NCBI RefSeq assembly: GCF_001194135.2
Contig: NC_068999.1
Coordinates: 17,695,572 to 17,759,571 of the forward strand
DNA length: 64,000 nucleotides
Direction: 5' to 3'
From: Octopus bimaculoides
Taxonomy: Eukaryota
Position numbers and translations under genes: made by a program
Notes under the pieces: generated by a model
What the model saw: only the letters and a program-made list of their open reading frames with translations
Database searches by the model: none
What the model was told of the DNA's origin: nothing
Part shown: positions 26,760 through 39,425 of the stretch, in pieces
Layout of the letters: each line of letters starts with the position of its first letter
How positions within the stretch are numbered: the stretch's first letter is position 1

Positions 26760-27208
26760 NNNNNNNNNNNNNNNNNNNNNNNNNNNNNNNNNNNNNNNNN
26801 NNNNNNNNNNNNNNNNNNNNNNNNNNNNNNNNNNNNNNNNNNNNNNNNNNNNNNNNNNNNNNNNNNNNNNNNNNNNNNNNNNNNNNNNNNNNNNNNNNNN
26901 NNNNNNNNNNNNNNNNNNNNNNNNNNNNNNNNNNNNNNNNNNNNNNNNNNNNNNNNNNNNNNNNNNNNNNNNNNNNNNNNNNNNNNNNNNNNNNNNNNNN
27001 NNNNNNNNNNNNNNNNNNNNNNNNNNNNNNNNNNNNNNNNNNNNNNNNNNNNNNNNNNNNNNNNNNNNNNNNNNNNNNNNNNNNNNNNNNNNNNNNNNNN
27101 NNNNNNNNNNNNNNNNNNNTATATATATATATATATATATATATATTAGCTATTAGTGACATTAACGTAAAGAAAACGTAATCCTTGTAACCAACTTCAT
27201 ATGGATAC

Positions 27209-27295
27209 CTCCTTGCACTAGCGAATACTGCGTCATTGCATTAGTCTTCAGAAACCCTCCCATGGTGGCGCTCGGTGTGTAAAATCGAACATAGA
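27209..27295 (-). CDS. Putative internal exon (xYVRFYTPSATMGGFLKTNAMTQYSLVQG)
   Basis: Acceptor actttcgtctgctacag|, donor |gtatcc, open frame phase 1 to 1. YVRFYT...GF loosely resembles the end of a CUB domain. Confidence 0.27.
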
Positions 27296-27846
27296 CTGTA
27301 GCAGACGAAAGTAGTCTGCTAGTATATATATGCCTATGTATGTATGTGTATGTGTGTGTGTGTCTATGTGTGTGTGTGTCTGTGAGTGTGCCAGCAATTA
27401 TCAAGATTTTCATAACCATTATAGTTACATAGTATTACATCTAGTCAAATTAAACAAACACATGGTAAAGCATCGAATATTAGCGTATAATCTGGTGCAT
27501 AACATATAGTAAAGGAATCTAGTGTATGGTGCACAATATAAGTACCTGCGAACACTTAGTACAAAATGAGACATGTAAACGGAAGAAACCAAAACAAAAT
27601 ATTACTAAGACATACCATTTATTTAAAAGTGTTTGCATAACACTTTGTTCAGTACAAAGATTGAAGCATTAAAATCAATCTAATCATTTATTTAATAAGA
27701 GAAATCGAGGTAAATATTTCCTTCTTCCGACCCAGAATGAATTAGGTGTGTAAAGCAATCGGATATGTAATCATAAATTGTCCTTCAACAGAATAGTGTT
27801 AGTGCTCGACAAGTCCTTTGAGATTATTGCTTTCTGTATCTAATTA

Positions 27847-28860
27847 TTAGCAGAAGCACCCAGCTTTGCTCGCGAATGAAATTGTTCGTTGGACGAAAGA
27901 AGCAATATATATTGTAAAGAAATTTGTCATTCTAAATTCAGCTTATTCTTCAATTGGGATACAATTTATACTCCGATTGGGAAATCAATTCTGGATTCAA
28001 AATAACAACAAGAACTATAATAATAATTGTTATAAAACACGAATAATTTCATCATATGCACAGCGTTGTTCTGGAAGAAGTTTAGGTTTATGCTCATTCA
28101 CAAATGCAGCGAAGTCTATGACGTCATAATTTGTCTCTCTTTCTATATCTCTTGAAGTTAAATCACTATTGTGGCGGTTTGATTTTGGCAGTCAAGACGT
28201 GATCCTTAATTTCAATCAACGCTTGGTTAAAAATTGCTTCAGAGAACTGAATATTGATATATGGGTTTGCCTGCTGAAATGCATACTTTAAGTGTTTAGC
28301 CATGTCCTCTCGATGTTTCATCCTACGACTTAAGAGATTTCCAAGTTGACACATGTGCAGTATAATTTCAAAAGGGTTACGGAATTCCCTGGGAGAATCT
28401 GATATTTATGCTTCACGCAATGCAAGATCCAAATGGTCATCATTTTATAAAAACCTTGTTGATTGGATGCTCCCATATAACTTCCAAATACATGACTCTC
28501 CTCGAATCTTGAAATGATTTGGGACAACACACTTCATGCAAAAGAAGGCGGAAGTAGTAGCATTCTGCTTAACTTGGGGAATAACTGTAAACACTTGCAA
28601 ACGCTTCCTCTTATGCAATATATTGTTTCTTCGGGTATACTACTTGGATAATTGTGACTAAAGGATTAATGTTGCATCTTCATATTCTTGACACAACATA
28701 AAAAAGCAGTAAGGATAGTTTGCTATATAATGCCTAAGTCTTTTTATATCTGAAACTAGACATAAAATCCGTTTCTGATATGTGTGCCAACGAAACAGTT
28801 GCAAGATGTGACTAGTTGTATTAGCTAGAGCAGTACATTCATAAACTATCCTTCTTATTG
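27847..28860 (-). mobile_element. Helitron remnant: degenerate Rep/helicase linker fragment plus 3' terminus
   Basis: Minus-strand translation with stops and frameshifts gives TILTAF..LCQE, ECYYFRLLLHEVCCPKSFQD, GFL*NDDHLDLALREA, and KHREDM...NIQFSEAIFNQALIEIKDHVL, all typical of Helitron RepHel between the Rep and helicase domains. 3' end: degenerate hairpin CGCGAGCAAAGCTGGG, then CTAA followed by T. Confidence 0.85.
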
Positions 28861-30182
28861 TTAGCATATAACATTAATAAGTATACCTCCACGATTTAGT
28901 TCATGGTAGCAACGTTATGTTAGCAGAGAATTGAATTAAATATTTATAATAAAAAAGTGTTAATCTTATGTATATATCTGTGCATCATGTGGAAATTACA
29001 CCCGTGTTCCGTAGAAATCTCTATTAATTTTTACTTTCTAAAGACAGCAACTAATTCCGTATGTATCATTACACTTTTTCTTTAAATAAAATGGGAATAA
29101 AAATCTATCAAAAGTATTCAAATACTATGCTTTTATCTAGTTGTAATTCAATTCATGAACCAAATCAAACTGCTCAAATATGTCATCTTCATTAAAATAA
29201 ATTAATATTTCCCTATCGGTTTTGTGTATCATTTAAGAACATTAACACGACAAATGAATAAATACCGAGTATTTACAGATGCTTAACGTAATCATACGAA
29301 AAATGGTATATTGGTATAGTGGGTATTGTCAAACGGTATATATATATATATATATATATATATNNNNNNNNNNNNNNNNNNNNNNNNNNNNNNNNNNNNN
29401 NNNNNNNNNNNNNNNNNNNNNNNNNNNNNNNNNNNNNNNNNNNNNNNNNNNNNNNNNNNNNNNNNNNNNNNNNNNNNNNNNNNNNNNNNNNNNNNNNNNN
29501 NNNNNNNNNNNNNNNNNNNNNNNNNNNNNNNNNNNNNNNNNNNNNNNNNNNNNNNNNNNNNNNNNNNNNNNNNNNNNNNNNNNNNNNNNNNNNNNNNNNN
29601 NNNNNNNNNNNNNNNNNNNNNNNNNNNNNNNNNNATATAGCAGAACCGTTTCCTCATAGTTTATATATATTTTTGTTGTTTTCTCTATTGGTTTAAGTTA
29701 TCTTAGTTATCTTAAAGATAACCATAGATCCTCAACAGTGAACAAACAACAAACCTAAAGATGTTTCAATTAATACCAGAGGAATTAACGTCGGATATGA
29801 AGCATAAAACAATATAAAAGATAGCGAACCTACAAAAAAAAATTCAACACATTAATATGAAACTAATATTTTTTAAGTCGTTATAAAAGTTGCATCAATA
29901 ATTTTTTAAAGCAATACAAAAATAGTACTAAACTGTTCCCCGTAGACGAAAATATTGACGAAAAACGAATAAAATTCTTTATAGTATCTGTGAATAAACA
30001 AAGTCTATTGAACAGAATAAAATGTTAATTTCAAGAGAAACGATTTACACAATTCTTCATGAAATATGAAAAAAAAAAACATACTAATAAAAATGATAAT
30101 AATAACTTAGGTAAAATACTGAGAAAGTTTTAACAAACATATAAGGATATATATTTGAGTGTAAATATATGTATGTGTGTGC

Positions 30183-30234
<52 letters not shown>

Positions 30235-30695
30235 TTCTGTGTCTGTGTCCATGTTTGAATTTTTGTCAATTTAGGTAAATATGTTTGTGTACCAGTAAAG
30301 ATTTTTTTATGTAAGCGAAAGTTCAAAAACCACAGAATCATGTGATAGCAAGTCATATAGCGGCAATTGATTACCGTTCAGTATGACTGAAACGTTACCC
30401 TTTCTAAACTATGTTAATGCGTATTTGTAACCTAAATAAGCCCATTGTGAGACCTGCCATGAAAGTGTGCTAGGAGTACATTATTCATAGAACAGAATTT
30501 GTTTCAAATTTGTTGTATTTTGATTTCATGGATAGCTTCTTGTTGTTTGAAGATCATCCAGAGAGCCACGCATGAGACCGCTTTAGCCAGTCCCATTGTA
30601 TATTGTGATACAGTATGTATTATCAATTCATATTTCTTGAGTTTTTGATGTCGTTATTATATATATGTATGTATATGTATGTATGTATGCATATA

Positions 30696-31106
30696 ATTGT
30701 TCAGTTTTTTTTCAAGATTTCTTGCCAAGAGAGAAAGAGCCGTTCTCTAACCTACATCCAAAGTTCTTTCATTGGAATGTCTACATCAACAACTGTATAT
30801 TTTGTTTGTATGCATGTATATGTGCAAATTTGTATGTTTTGCTTTATGTATGTATTCTCATGCATATAGTCACATATCTAGACAAGCCCATAAGTGCTAA
30901 ACGCCTTGACAGTTTTACAGATTTTTAGAGGCCCAGTGATAGTTTGCCTGTGTAGTTTTCAAATGATCTTTCTTCTTTCTGGTTTTGAGAAGTCTTTTTT
31001 CCTCAACAATGGTATTTAGGTAGCGTGTTACATATCCAGGAGCCCCAATAATTACAGGTGTAAACCTGATCTTTTAATCTGCAAGGAGCAACAGCAGATT
31101 TCTCAT
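30696..31106 (-). mobile_element. 5'-truncated R4/Dong-clade (RLE) non-LTR retrotransposon, lineage 2
   Basis: Translation MRNLLLLLAD*KIRFTPVIIGAPGYVTRYLN...FSKPERRKII*KLHRQTITGPLKICKT fits the RLE C-terminal PV(I/V)IGALG...LQ...TG pattern, followed by an approximately 200-nt 3' UTR. Confidence 0.7.
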
Positions 31107-32854
31107 ACGTATGTTTGTTTGTACATCAGTCTGTCCGTATGTATGTATGTATGTATGTATGTATGAGTGTCCTTGCCATATATGCAGGCCATTGGCTCTG
31201 TCGTATATGTACTATCCCCTTGTGTTCTACAAATCTGCTGTTGAAGAAACAAAAATGTGACGATAACATAATCACTATATTGAAACAATGACAGTATGAT
31301 ACGCTCGCAGTTCATTGACTAATATCGGCGATATTTCTGAAAAGGTTTTTCTGATTCTTTCACCTTCATCATATGCAGGTAACCACTGACAACTACCTCA
31401 GATAAGTCAGCTCTGGACCTATATATTTTAAAATTATGATATATATTCCAGACGACATTATCTCGTTGCTGTTACATTTCTATGTATATAGTTATGTGTA
31501 ATGAAATATGCTTTCTCGAGAGAAATATTGAAGCAGGCATTGAGCAATAGATTTCCGCATGAAATATGATGTACAGATTACTGTTTTGAAAGGACACTGA
31601 TTCCTTTGCTAATAAGGTGATTTTGTGTGTGTGTGTGTGTGTGTGTGTTTGTGTTTAATTGCACTCTCACATGTGCTTATATACATGGTACTAATGTAAA
31701 GAAGATTTAAAATACGGTATCTATTACTCAGAGGTGACATGAATACCATCACACACTACCCAATAAAATCGGTAATATTATGCAAGCAGTGAAGTCATGT
31801 AAATGATAATGAATAAAGGAAACAAATACAATATTAAAGCATATCGCTTGACAATACATGTTCAAATCATTGGACATTCTCTAAAGTATATAAGATATAT
31901 ACTGGATATGGAGACATCGAAACATTTCTGTTATGTCCAGGTGAATAACTGTAAGTAGCAAGTGTTTAAATGAAATCTTATCTATCACCATAAAAAAATC
32001 CTTAGCGTGCCGTAAATATAACACAGAAGCAGCCACATACTGTTCTATTGTTATAAATAGCCACTGTTGGTTTTTAAAATATGGCAGACATCATGTCACA
32101 GATGCATGAGAGAAAGGTGTTTCTAATCAAATGCAGTGTATTTTGAACAACGTTTTACATAACGCTGTAATTCTTCTACAAAAGAATGTACTTTTATATT
32201 TGGGTGATCTGACTACTTTTTATATACGAGAGATAGAAATAGCAACCGCGTAGATGCCCCAATTTTGCTTCCTATTTCAGTGTACGAAGCTTGTATTATA
32301 TGCATTAACACTGGATATTTTGCTATTGCTCATACACACTCGATTCAATATATATCCATGCATGTAAAGGCCAAATAACAGACATTGCCTGTTTCAATTT
32401 TGGGGGGAAAATTGCGATATAATGAAAACGGTCATCTTAGGACATTGAAATTGTGAAAGCCAGCAGTAAAAATGAAGCGTCTTTTTGGAGGACCTACACT
32501 AGAAATGCGAGGCAAAACCTATTTGTTCCACAGAGAACTAACGTTTTAAGTAATTTACATGATAGCTGTAAAAATATTGACTTATATGAAGTTAATGGAC
32601 GTTGAAGACTAGAATCACTTCCTAACAGGCCTATTTAGCCATGACTGGCCTTGAGGCTAATCAGCTACCAAAACTCAATAATATTACTTTTTACTGCATT
32701 CTTTATAAAGTCAACCTAAAAAATGCAGGTTTGTACATTTCCAAAGCAAGTTCGATGTTTTGTGAATAACACATGTTAAGGAAATTGATATAAATTCATT
32801 TGGTGTACACTTGTTAAATATTTAAGATATCAGATGTACAAAATACAACTTTTG

Positions 32855-33015
32855 CTTCAGTTCTATATTTAAGAGATGAGGAATTATGTAAATTATTTAC
32901 CTTATTTACAATTGACGGGTATTTGTCCTCATCTTTCATGCTAACACAACGTTTCGAACCTGTGTTCTCATTCCTTTGGTATTTTTCGATGTTGTTGTTG
33001 TTGTTGTTGTTATTA

Positions 33016-33053
<38 letters not shown>

Positions 33054-33147
33054 GTTATTATTATTATTCAGGTCACTGCCTGGAATCGAACTCAAAATCT
33101 TGGGGTTAGTAGCTCGCGCTCTTAACTACTACGCCACGGGCACATGG
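32855..33147 (-). mobile_element. tRNA-headed element (family D): A/B boxes, internal (AAT)n, 3' body with hammerhead core deleted
   Basis: Reverse strand: TGGCGTAGTAGTT (A box), GAGTTCGATTCC (B box), (AAT)n, then a body matching 33208-33364 except for a 45-nt deletion. Confidence 0.8.
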
Positions 33148-33157
33148 NNNNNNNNNN

Positions 33158-33212
<55 letters not shown>

Positions 33213-33364
33213 GAACATCGAAAGATACCTTAGGAATGAGAACCCAGGTTCGAAATTTCCCCAAGATTCCTGATGAAGGCTGGAGGGTATATCAGCTAAA
33301 CGTTGTGTTAACCACAAACAAGATGAGGCCAAATATCCGTCAATTGTAAATAATGTAAATAATG
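33158..33364 (+). mobile_element. Family D copy, (AAT)n plus body, with a degenerate hammerhead-like motif
   Basis: Inverted homolog of 32890-33060. CTGATGA at 33270-33276, stem GGCTG/CAGC(T), then AAACGTT and GTGTT. Confidence 0.75.
33265..33309 (+). ncRNA. Degenerate minimal type I hammerhead ribozyme-like motif
   Basis: Order stem I - CTGATGA - extra A - GGCTG/10-nt loop/CAGCT - (G)AAA - palindromic AACGTT - GTGTT matches minimal Penelope-type hammerheads. G12 is missing and stem I is imperfect in this copy. Confidence 0.5.
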
Positions 33365-36300
33365 AACTTTTGCTTCTTTTATCTAACTGGTTTAAAAACT
33401 ATAGCCCGAAGGTGTAATTACTATAATTTTCTTCACTCGACAGAACTATTTAAACAAAAAATAGCAAATCATCGTAACATATTTAACACACTATAAGGAA
33501 ACGATGTGAGCGTTTTAATCAAAAATGCTTTTGAATTTACTAGCGTTGAAATATATTAAAATATACAAGGTTTCTACTCTTTAATATTGAATAAATCTTG
33601 TGTGTTTACATTGCATTATATTTGTTGTCAATATTTGCCAATAGACTGCTCCATCTTGTAATCATTTGCATTGTCTTTTCATCGCTAGCTACAGAATACA
33701 GACTATTGTTCTAATTTAATTTTGACAACTTGATTTCACATAAAATGTCTTCTAGAGAAGTATTTTCCTTTCAGGAAAAGAAAAGAGGAACGTCAAATAC
33801 AAAAACGTACTTAGCTAGATTTGAACGTCTTCAACTATATTTATTAATAGCTGCCTTCAACGCCAGTAACCTAAAAGAAAAAAAAAACCCAGCTAATTAC
33901 CTTATGAAATCCGGAAATACTTAACCATCCTTTCTAGAGTAAATGTTTCTGAAGCGAGCGTATGTTCTTGAAGTAAGTGGTTTTACAGCTGTCTACCCTT
34001 GCTACTCAATCATGAAGGTGACAGAAATATATACATTTCTGTTAGATAGGCTTTTACAGTTAATTTACTTCTTTTGTTACTTTTTAAGACTTTGGAACCA
34101 TTTCAAATATACTAGTTTCATTGCTACCATGCTAAATAACATGAATGTTATATTTTTGTTTTCCACCGAAAGTTATTTTTATTATAACTCAGTTTCACGT
34201 AGAAAGAAACCCATGGGTCCGTAGTTGATTTTTGCATCAAAATATTAGGCTCTTATGCGTTTATGTTATCTTTGATACCGAAGACTTCGATAGTGAAAGT
34301 TCGTGATTTTACGAAGAAAATCATTCAATCGCAAAAACGAATAGTTTATCACCAAATTGTTACAGCAGCGGTTACAAATTGGAATTTAGATTAAAAGAAA
34401 GATCTATTAAAATCGACCCGAGGGAAACGAAATTTTGAACGTGGCGTGAACATCAACGAATATAATAAGGGTCAAACGTGATAGTACATGATTCAATTAT
34501 TTGATTATATCAAGTGATCGCTGTTTCCATGAGAATCGTCATAAAAACATTTCAGGAAACGTATCAACACTTCAAGAATTAAGAGGAATAATATTTTTAA
34601 AAAGTAAATCACATGGGAAAATACTAAGTAGTAAATATTGTGCAGAAGTGAGACCAACGTCCTATCGGTCCCTCTTGGCGTATTGGCCATAACTTTTTCG
34701 CCAATGAGAATAGATTTTGAGAGACTGAAACTGGGTGGAAGTCCAAATTTTGTGTACAAATGCATACATACACACATACATGCATACATACATATATACA
34801 TACATACATACATACATACATACATACATAATAGACATACGCAAGTACATACACAGACATAAATATATGCAGAGAGAGAGAGAGAGAGAGAGTGAAGAAG
34901 GAGGAGGAGGAGGAGGAGGAAGAGGAGGGGGAGGGAGTGGGGGAAGATAAAACACAGTTGAATAAACTTTGCCAGCGTTGCTCCGATTTTAATTCACTGG
35001 TTCAAATTCACTCAGCTTTATGTCGAACAGAACCATCGTTGAGCTATACGTTAATGACTGCGCTAAAATAAGTCTGAGAGAAGATGTTTTCGTCTAAAAC
35101 TAGGAAGATCGGTGCACGGACACCGTCCTCAACTATTGCAAACAGATCGTTGACTAACTTTCACACACATGCGCGTGCACTTTTATACGTTGTACATATA
35201 TATCCTAATTGATTTATCGACATTTATAACATTAAAAAATGATGCATTATTTCGTACCATATAAAAGGTAAAACTTGTATATAGTTATTCTTAACTGCGG
35301 GTGTTACTGAAGACGCCATGTCATGAACATAGCAAAAAAAAATAAAAACAGCAGTTTTGAAGCAAATAGATAAATCAAAATGTGTGCAAAATGTATGAAA
35401 TTCACGTGATTATGACGTCAGGTAGAAAATTAAGATTAGGTTGCGTATGTTCAACAGCAGCTAACAAAAGAGACATATTTCTAGATTTTGTTAGGGTTTT
35501 TGACGTCTTGCTAGTATCTTCGTGCCTGATATAGTTACAGCCATGCCTAGAAATCACTACGCGAAATAAGCAAGTTAAAACGTACAAAAATACGAAGTGG
35601 AAAAACCAAAATTCTAAACCTGACACATGTTGAAAAAAGTAAACCAAAAGCAACTTCAAAAATAGTATAAAAGGAAAAACAAACAAGAACTGACTGTAGC
35701 GGTCGGTCGTTTGAATGTCAGAGCAAATAGAATACTGCAATTAATTGTGTTCTTTTTCTATATTTTCGTTGTATATTTATTTTCTGGTACTTTAGAAATT
35801 TTGTCTGTGTCTTCCCTCGAGGCTACTAGTTCACATTCCTTTGGCACTTGCTTCTATTTGTATAGTAGAATTAGCAGTATTTTTGTCTTTATGTTTTTGT
35901 TTGAATTCAGATAATGAAGGATGTTGTTATATGGATAGATGGATGAATAGATACGTATGTATCATATATGCATACGCACACACATATATATGGATATATA
36001 TATATATANNNNNNNNNNNNNNNNNNNNNNNNNNNNNNNNNNNNNNNNNNNNNNNNNNNNNNNNNNNNNNNNNNNNNNNNNNNNNNNNNNNNNNNNNNNN
36101 NNNNNNNNNNNNNNNNNNNNNNNNNNNNNNNNNNNNNNNNNNNNNNNNNNNNNNNNNNNNNNNNNNNNNNNNNNNNNNNNNNNNNNNNNNNNNNNNNNNN
36201 NNNNNNNNNNNNNNNNNNNNNNNNNNNNNNNNNNNNNNNNNNNNNNNNNNNNNNNNNNNNNNNNNNNNNNNNNNNNNNNNNNNNNNNNNNNNNNNNNNNN

Positions 36301-36549
36301 NNNNNNNNNNNNNNNNNNNNNNNNNNNNNNNNNNNNNNNNNNNNNNNNNNNNNNNNNNNNNNNNNNNNNNNNNNNNNNNNNNNNNNNNNNNNNNNNNNNN
36401 NNNNNNNNNNNNNTATATATATATATATATATATATATTAAAAGAGAGTAAGTTACGAGTAATTTTTTGTGCAAATCTGCGGCGGATGCATGTATTTATT
36501 TCGTCTTTGCTTTGCTTTAGTTAAATTTCGTTTGACTAGTTTTACTCAC

Positions 36550-36635
36550 ATCTCGTTAATGAAGTTGGCAATCTGCCCAATAGGCCGTTGACATGGAACG
36601 ACGATATTAGCAAAGCAACTCTCAGAAAGCAAATT
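36550..36635 (-). CDS. Putative internal exon (NLLSESCFANIVVPCQRPIGQIANFINE)
   Basis: Acceptor tatttagcgctag|, donor |gtgagt, open frame phase 0 to 2. Unconfirmed. Confidence 0.2.
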
Positions 36636-37081
36636 CTAGCGCTAAATAGTTTTCCTAAATACATTACCGTATCAAATGCCTGTTTGTCTATCTCGCCAAA
36701 ATGGTAGAAAAAAGAGAAAAATATAACGAAAAATAAATTGTGTTGTATAATCATGACCTATATCTCTATCTGTATCAACATTTTTCTTTTTCTGCGAATG
36801 CGAACGTACCTATGTGTGTGCGTATCCATGTTCAGGCGTGTGTGTGCGTGTGAGAGTGTACCTGTGTCTTTTCCTCGCTACCGCTTGACAGTCGGTGATG
36901 CTGTGGTGACGTATATATANNNNNNNNNNNNNNNNNNNNNNNNNNNNNNNNNNNNNNNNNNNNNNNNNNNNNNNNNNNNNNNNNNNNNNNNNNNNNNNNN
37001 NNNNNNNNNNNNNNNNCCATATATATATATATACATACATACATACATATATACCAAGAAATAATGCATATCTGTGTTTGT

Positions 37082-37129
<48 letters not shown>

Positions 37130-37769
37130 TATATATACTAATAATAATAACATTAGAGGTATTTTCTGCTAAAATGCAAGAAAGCAAACTAGCATAAGAT
37201 ATGAAATTTATGAAATAAAAGAAACCGTTGTGAATAAATATCTATTATTTTCATGAGGCAACTTTAAAGATAGTACAGTAAGGCGATGTGTGTTCGGCTT
37301 CAATTACAGAGTTTTGATTTTAAAAATTGCAAGTTCTGTTTTACGCACCAGGCGGCGCCTCATTTACGCATGTGTTTATATAAGTACAATTAGAATTGCA
37401 CATTAGTTTTTAGGTATAAACGTATTACATGTAGTTCTGTATGCATGAAGTGATCTTGCACTACTGTTTAGATATAATAGGTTTTCTATATCTAGTACAT
37501 TTGAAAACAAATATAACCACTCCAATATATTTCTGTTAGCTTTTAGTCTTCATAGGGTTTAATTACTGAATAAAAATGGCGATTGTAGAGGGAATGACTG
37601 AAAGGAAAATTACGTACATAAAGGAGAACATTTCCCTTAAATCAGGGAACATATTTTTTATACAAAGCATATTTAAATATGAATAACTGTTGAATATAAA
37701 GTGTTTATGTTTTTATTGTGTGTTGAATATAGCAACTATTGACCTATATGAAGGTGCATGGCTCAGAGG

Positions 37770-37955
37770 TTTATTTCACGTTCTCTCAACTGCAGAAATT
37801 AGTTGCGCTGTGCTGGCATCATGCTGTATCGGCCTTTGCTTTTGCCTTTCTCTTAGATACTTTTGATAGCGTGTAGAGGGGAGAAATGATGTGCGTGGAC
37901 GACTGTTGTTCTTCCATCAACAACCTTGCCGTGACTCGTGCCTTGGATAACTGTG
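37770..37955 (+). mobile_element. SINE family C, 3' portion
   Basis: GCTGTATCGGCCTTTGCTTTTGCCTTTCTCTTAGATA matches the reverse complement of 24555-24590. Confidence 0.6.
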
Positions 37956-38028
37956 TAGGTGCGATCACATAGTCATTCTTAACCGAAGTGGTTCTTCACA
38001 CGTTTTCGCCATTGCAACCAAACTGTTC

Positions 38029-38068
<40 letters not shown>

Positions 38069-38664
38069 CACACATGCGTTTGTATAGTGTTTGCAAGTAT
38101 ATAGTAAAAGAATAATTTTGCGTTTTCTTTACATTTTTAAATAGTACTACCTTCTTTTTGCTAAAAACATTCAATTTCTAGATAGGTCTGGTCCAGTTCA
38201 TTGGTAGATGGACCACACTATTGAGACAATGAATCCAACTTCCTGCATATATTTCCGGTAAAAATTTCACGTTTATATCTTTAGTCAACTTCAGAGTGGC
38301 TATGTTAGAAGATGTAAACACAACGTTGGATGTATTTCATGAGATGTGTAATTAATATGCAACATCGCCATACCTACACCTAATAAATATATTGTAGTGA
38401 TCATGGAGCAACTTTTAGCAGTTAAAAACAAATTGTTATTAATTATGCCTTGCTATTGATATCTCCTTTGTCTCTTCGTGATTGAAGAGATGTAGTACCG
38501 CATAATGAGGACGAGATTGTAAATCATACAGTTTTCCCAAATATGTAACTTTTTTTCTTATTTAGATATCAATGTACCTGAAATTGTATCATACTTCAAT
38601 CAACGGAGTACTCCTCACTGGACATGTACCTGCTAGTTTTAAATACTAACCTGCGTTGTAATCT

Positions 38665-39425
38665 CTTCGATCTCGAAATGCTATAGCGATGGTAGAATAC
38701 AATGGTAAGCTATGTATAATCCTAAAGGCCAGAAACTTTGTTCTCCAGCAGATGTATCAGCGGAATCAAACACCCTTGTCCGATGTGTCCAGAACTAAGA
38801 ACTTTTAGGTTTCCAGACTAGCAGCTACAGCCGCCAGGAATCTCATTGCCGACATAATTCAAGCGGTCAACAGCTTCGATATTCTCATCCACAATTAGAT
38901 ATAGATGCCGGAGAACAAAGTTTCAGATCCTTAGGATTATGCATAGCTTACCATTGTATCCTACCATCGCTATATCATTTCGAGATCGAAGAAGCCATGA
39001 AAGGACTGGATCATTGTGTTGACGCAAGAGATTCGAAGCCACATGAACTCCTTTACTACCAGGACGTTTCACAGGATAACAGATTACCATTGGTTGGATT
39101 TTATATGCAACCAGAGCTTCTCCTCAAAAATCAAGAATTGATTCAGTCGGGAGCACCAGGTCAGACTGTTTGGCCATGCTGCAAGATTTTCCGTGTTAGA
39201 ACCTCCTTACTTTATTCACTCCACTGAAGATCTGGCTGGGTTGGAGGCTCATACTGGTCGAACCACATGATCACGACAGATAAAGTGGTATCTTGCAGAG
39301 ATGAGAACTGACTAGGATTCTGGGATTCTGACGGAACGCCAGGAAGGGCCCGAGAATATACAGAAAAATGATGAATGCAGCAACGCGCTGCGATGGCGCA
39401 CGCCCCAGCATCCGCCTTGACCTGT
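38665..39425 (+). mobile_element. RTE-type LINE 3' remnant with an inverted 5' segment
   Basis: Plus strand 38898-39425 translates RYRCRRTKFQILR, LTQEIRSHMNSFTTRTFHRITDYHWLDFICNQ, RLFGHAARF and GRTT*SRQI. Minus strand 38897-38665 translates DENIEAVDRLNYVGN and SDKGV*FR*YICWRTKF, the immediately upstream RTE ORF2 region. Confidence 0.8.

Noticed and set aside
27299-27321. Hairpin TAGCAGAC/GTCTGCTA containing GAAA, considered as a hammerhead
   Set aside because: No CUGANGA core on either strand.
33068-33147. Possible tRNA gene
   Set aside because: A and B boxes are present but the cloverleaf is poor, and it continues into a repeat body, so it is a SINE head.
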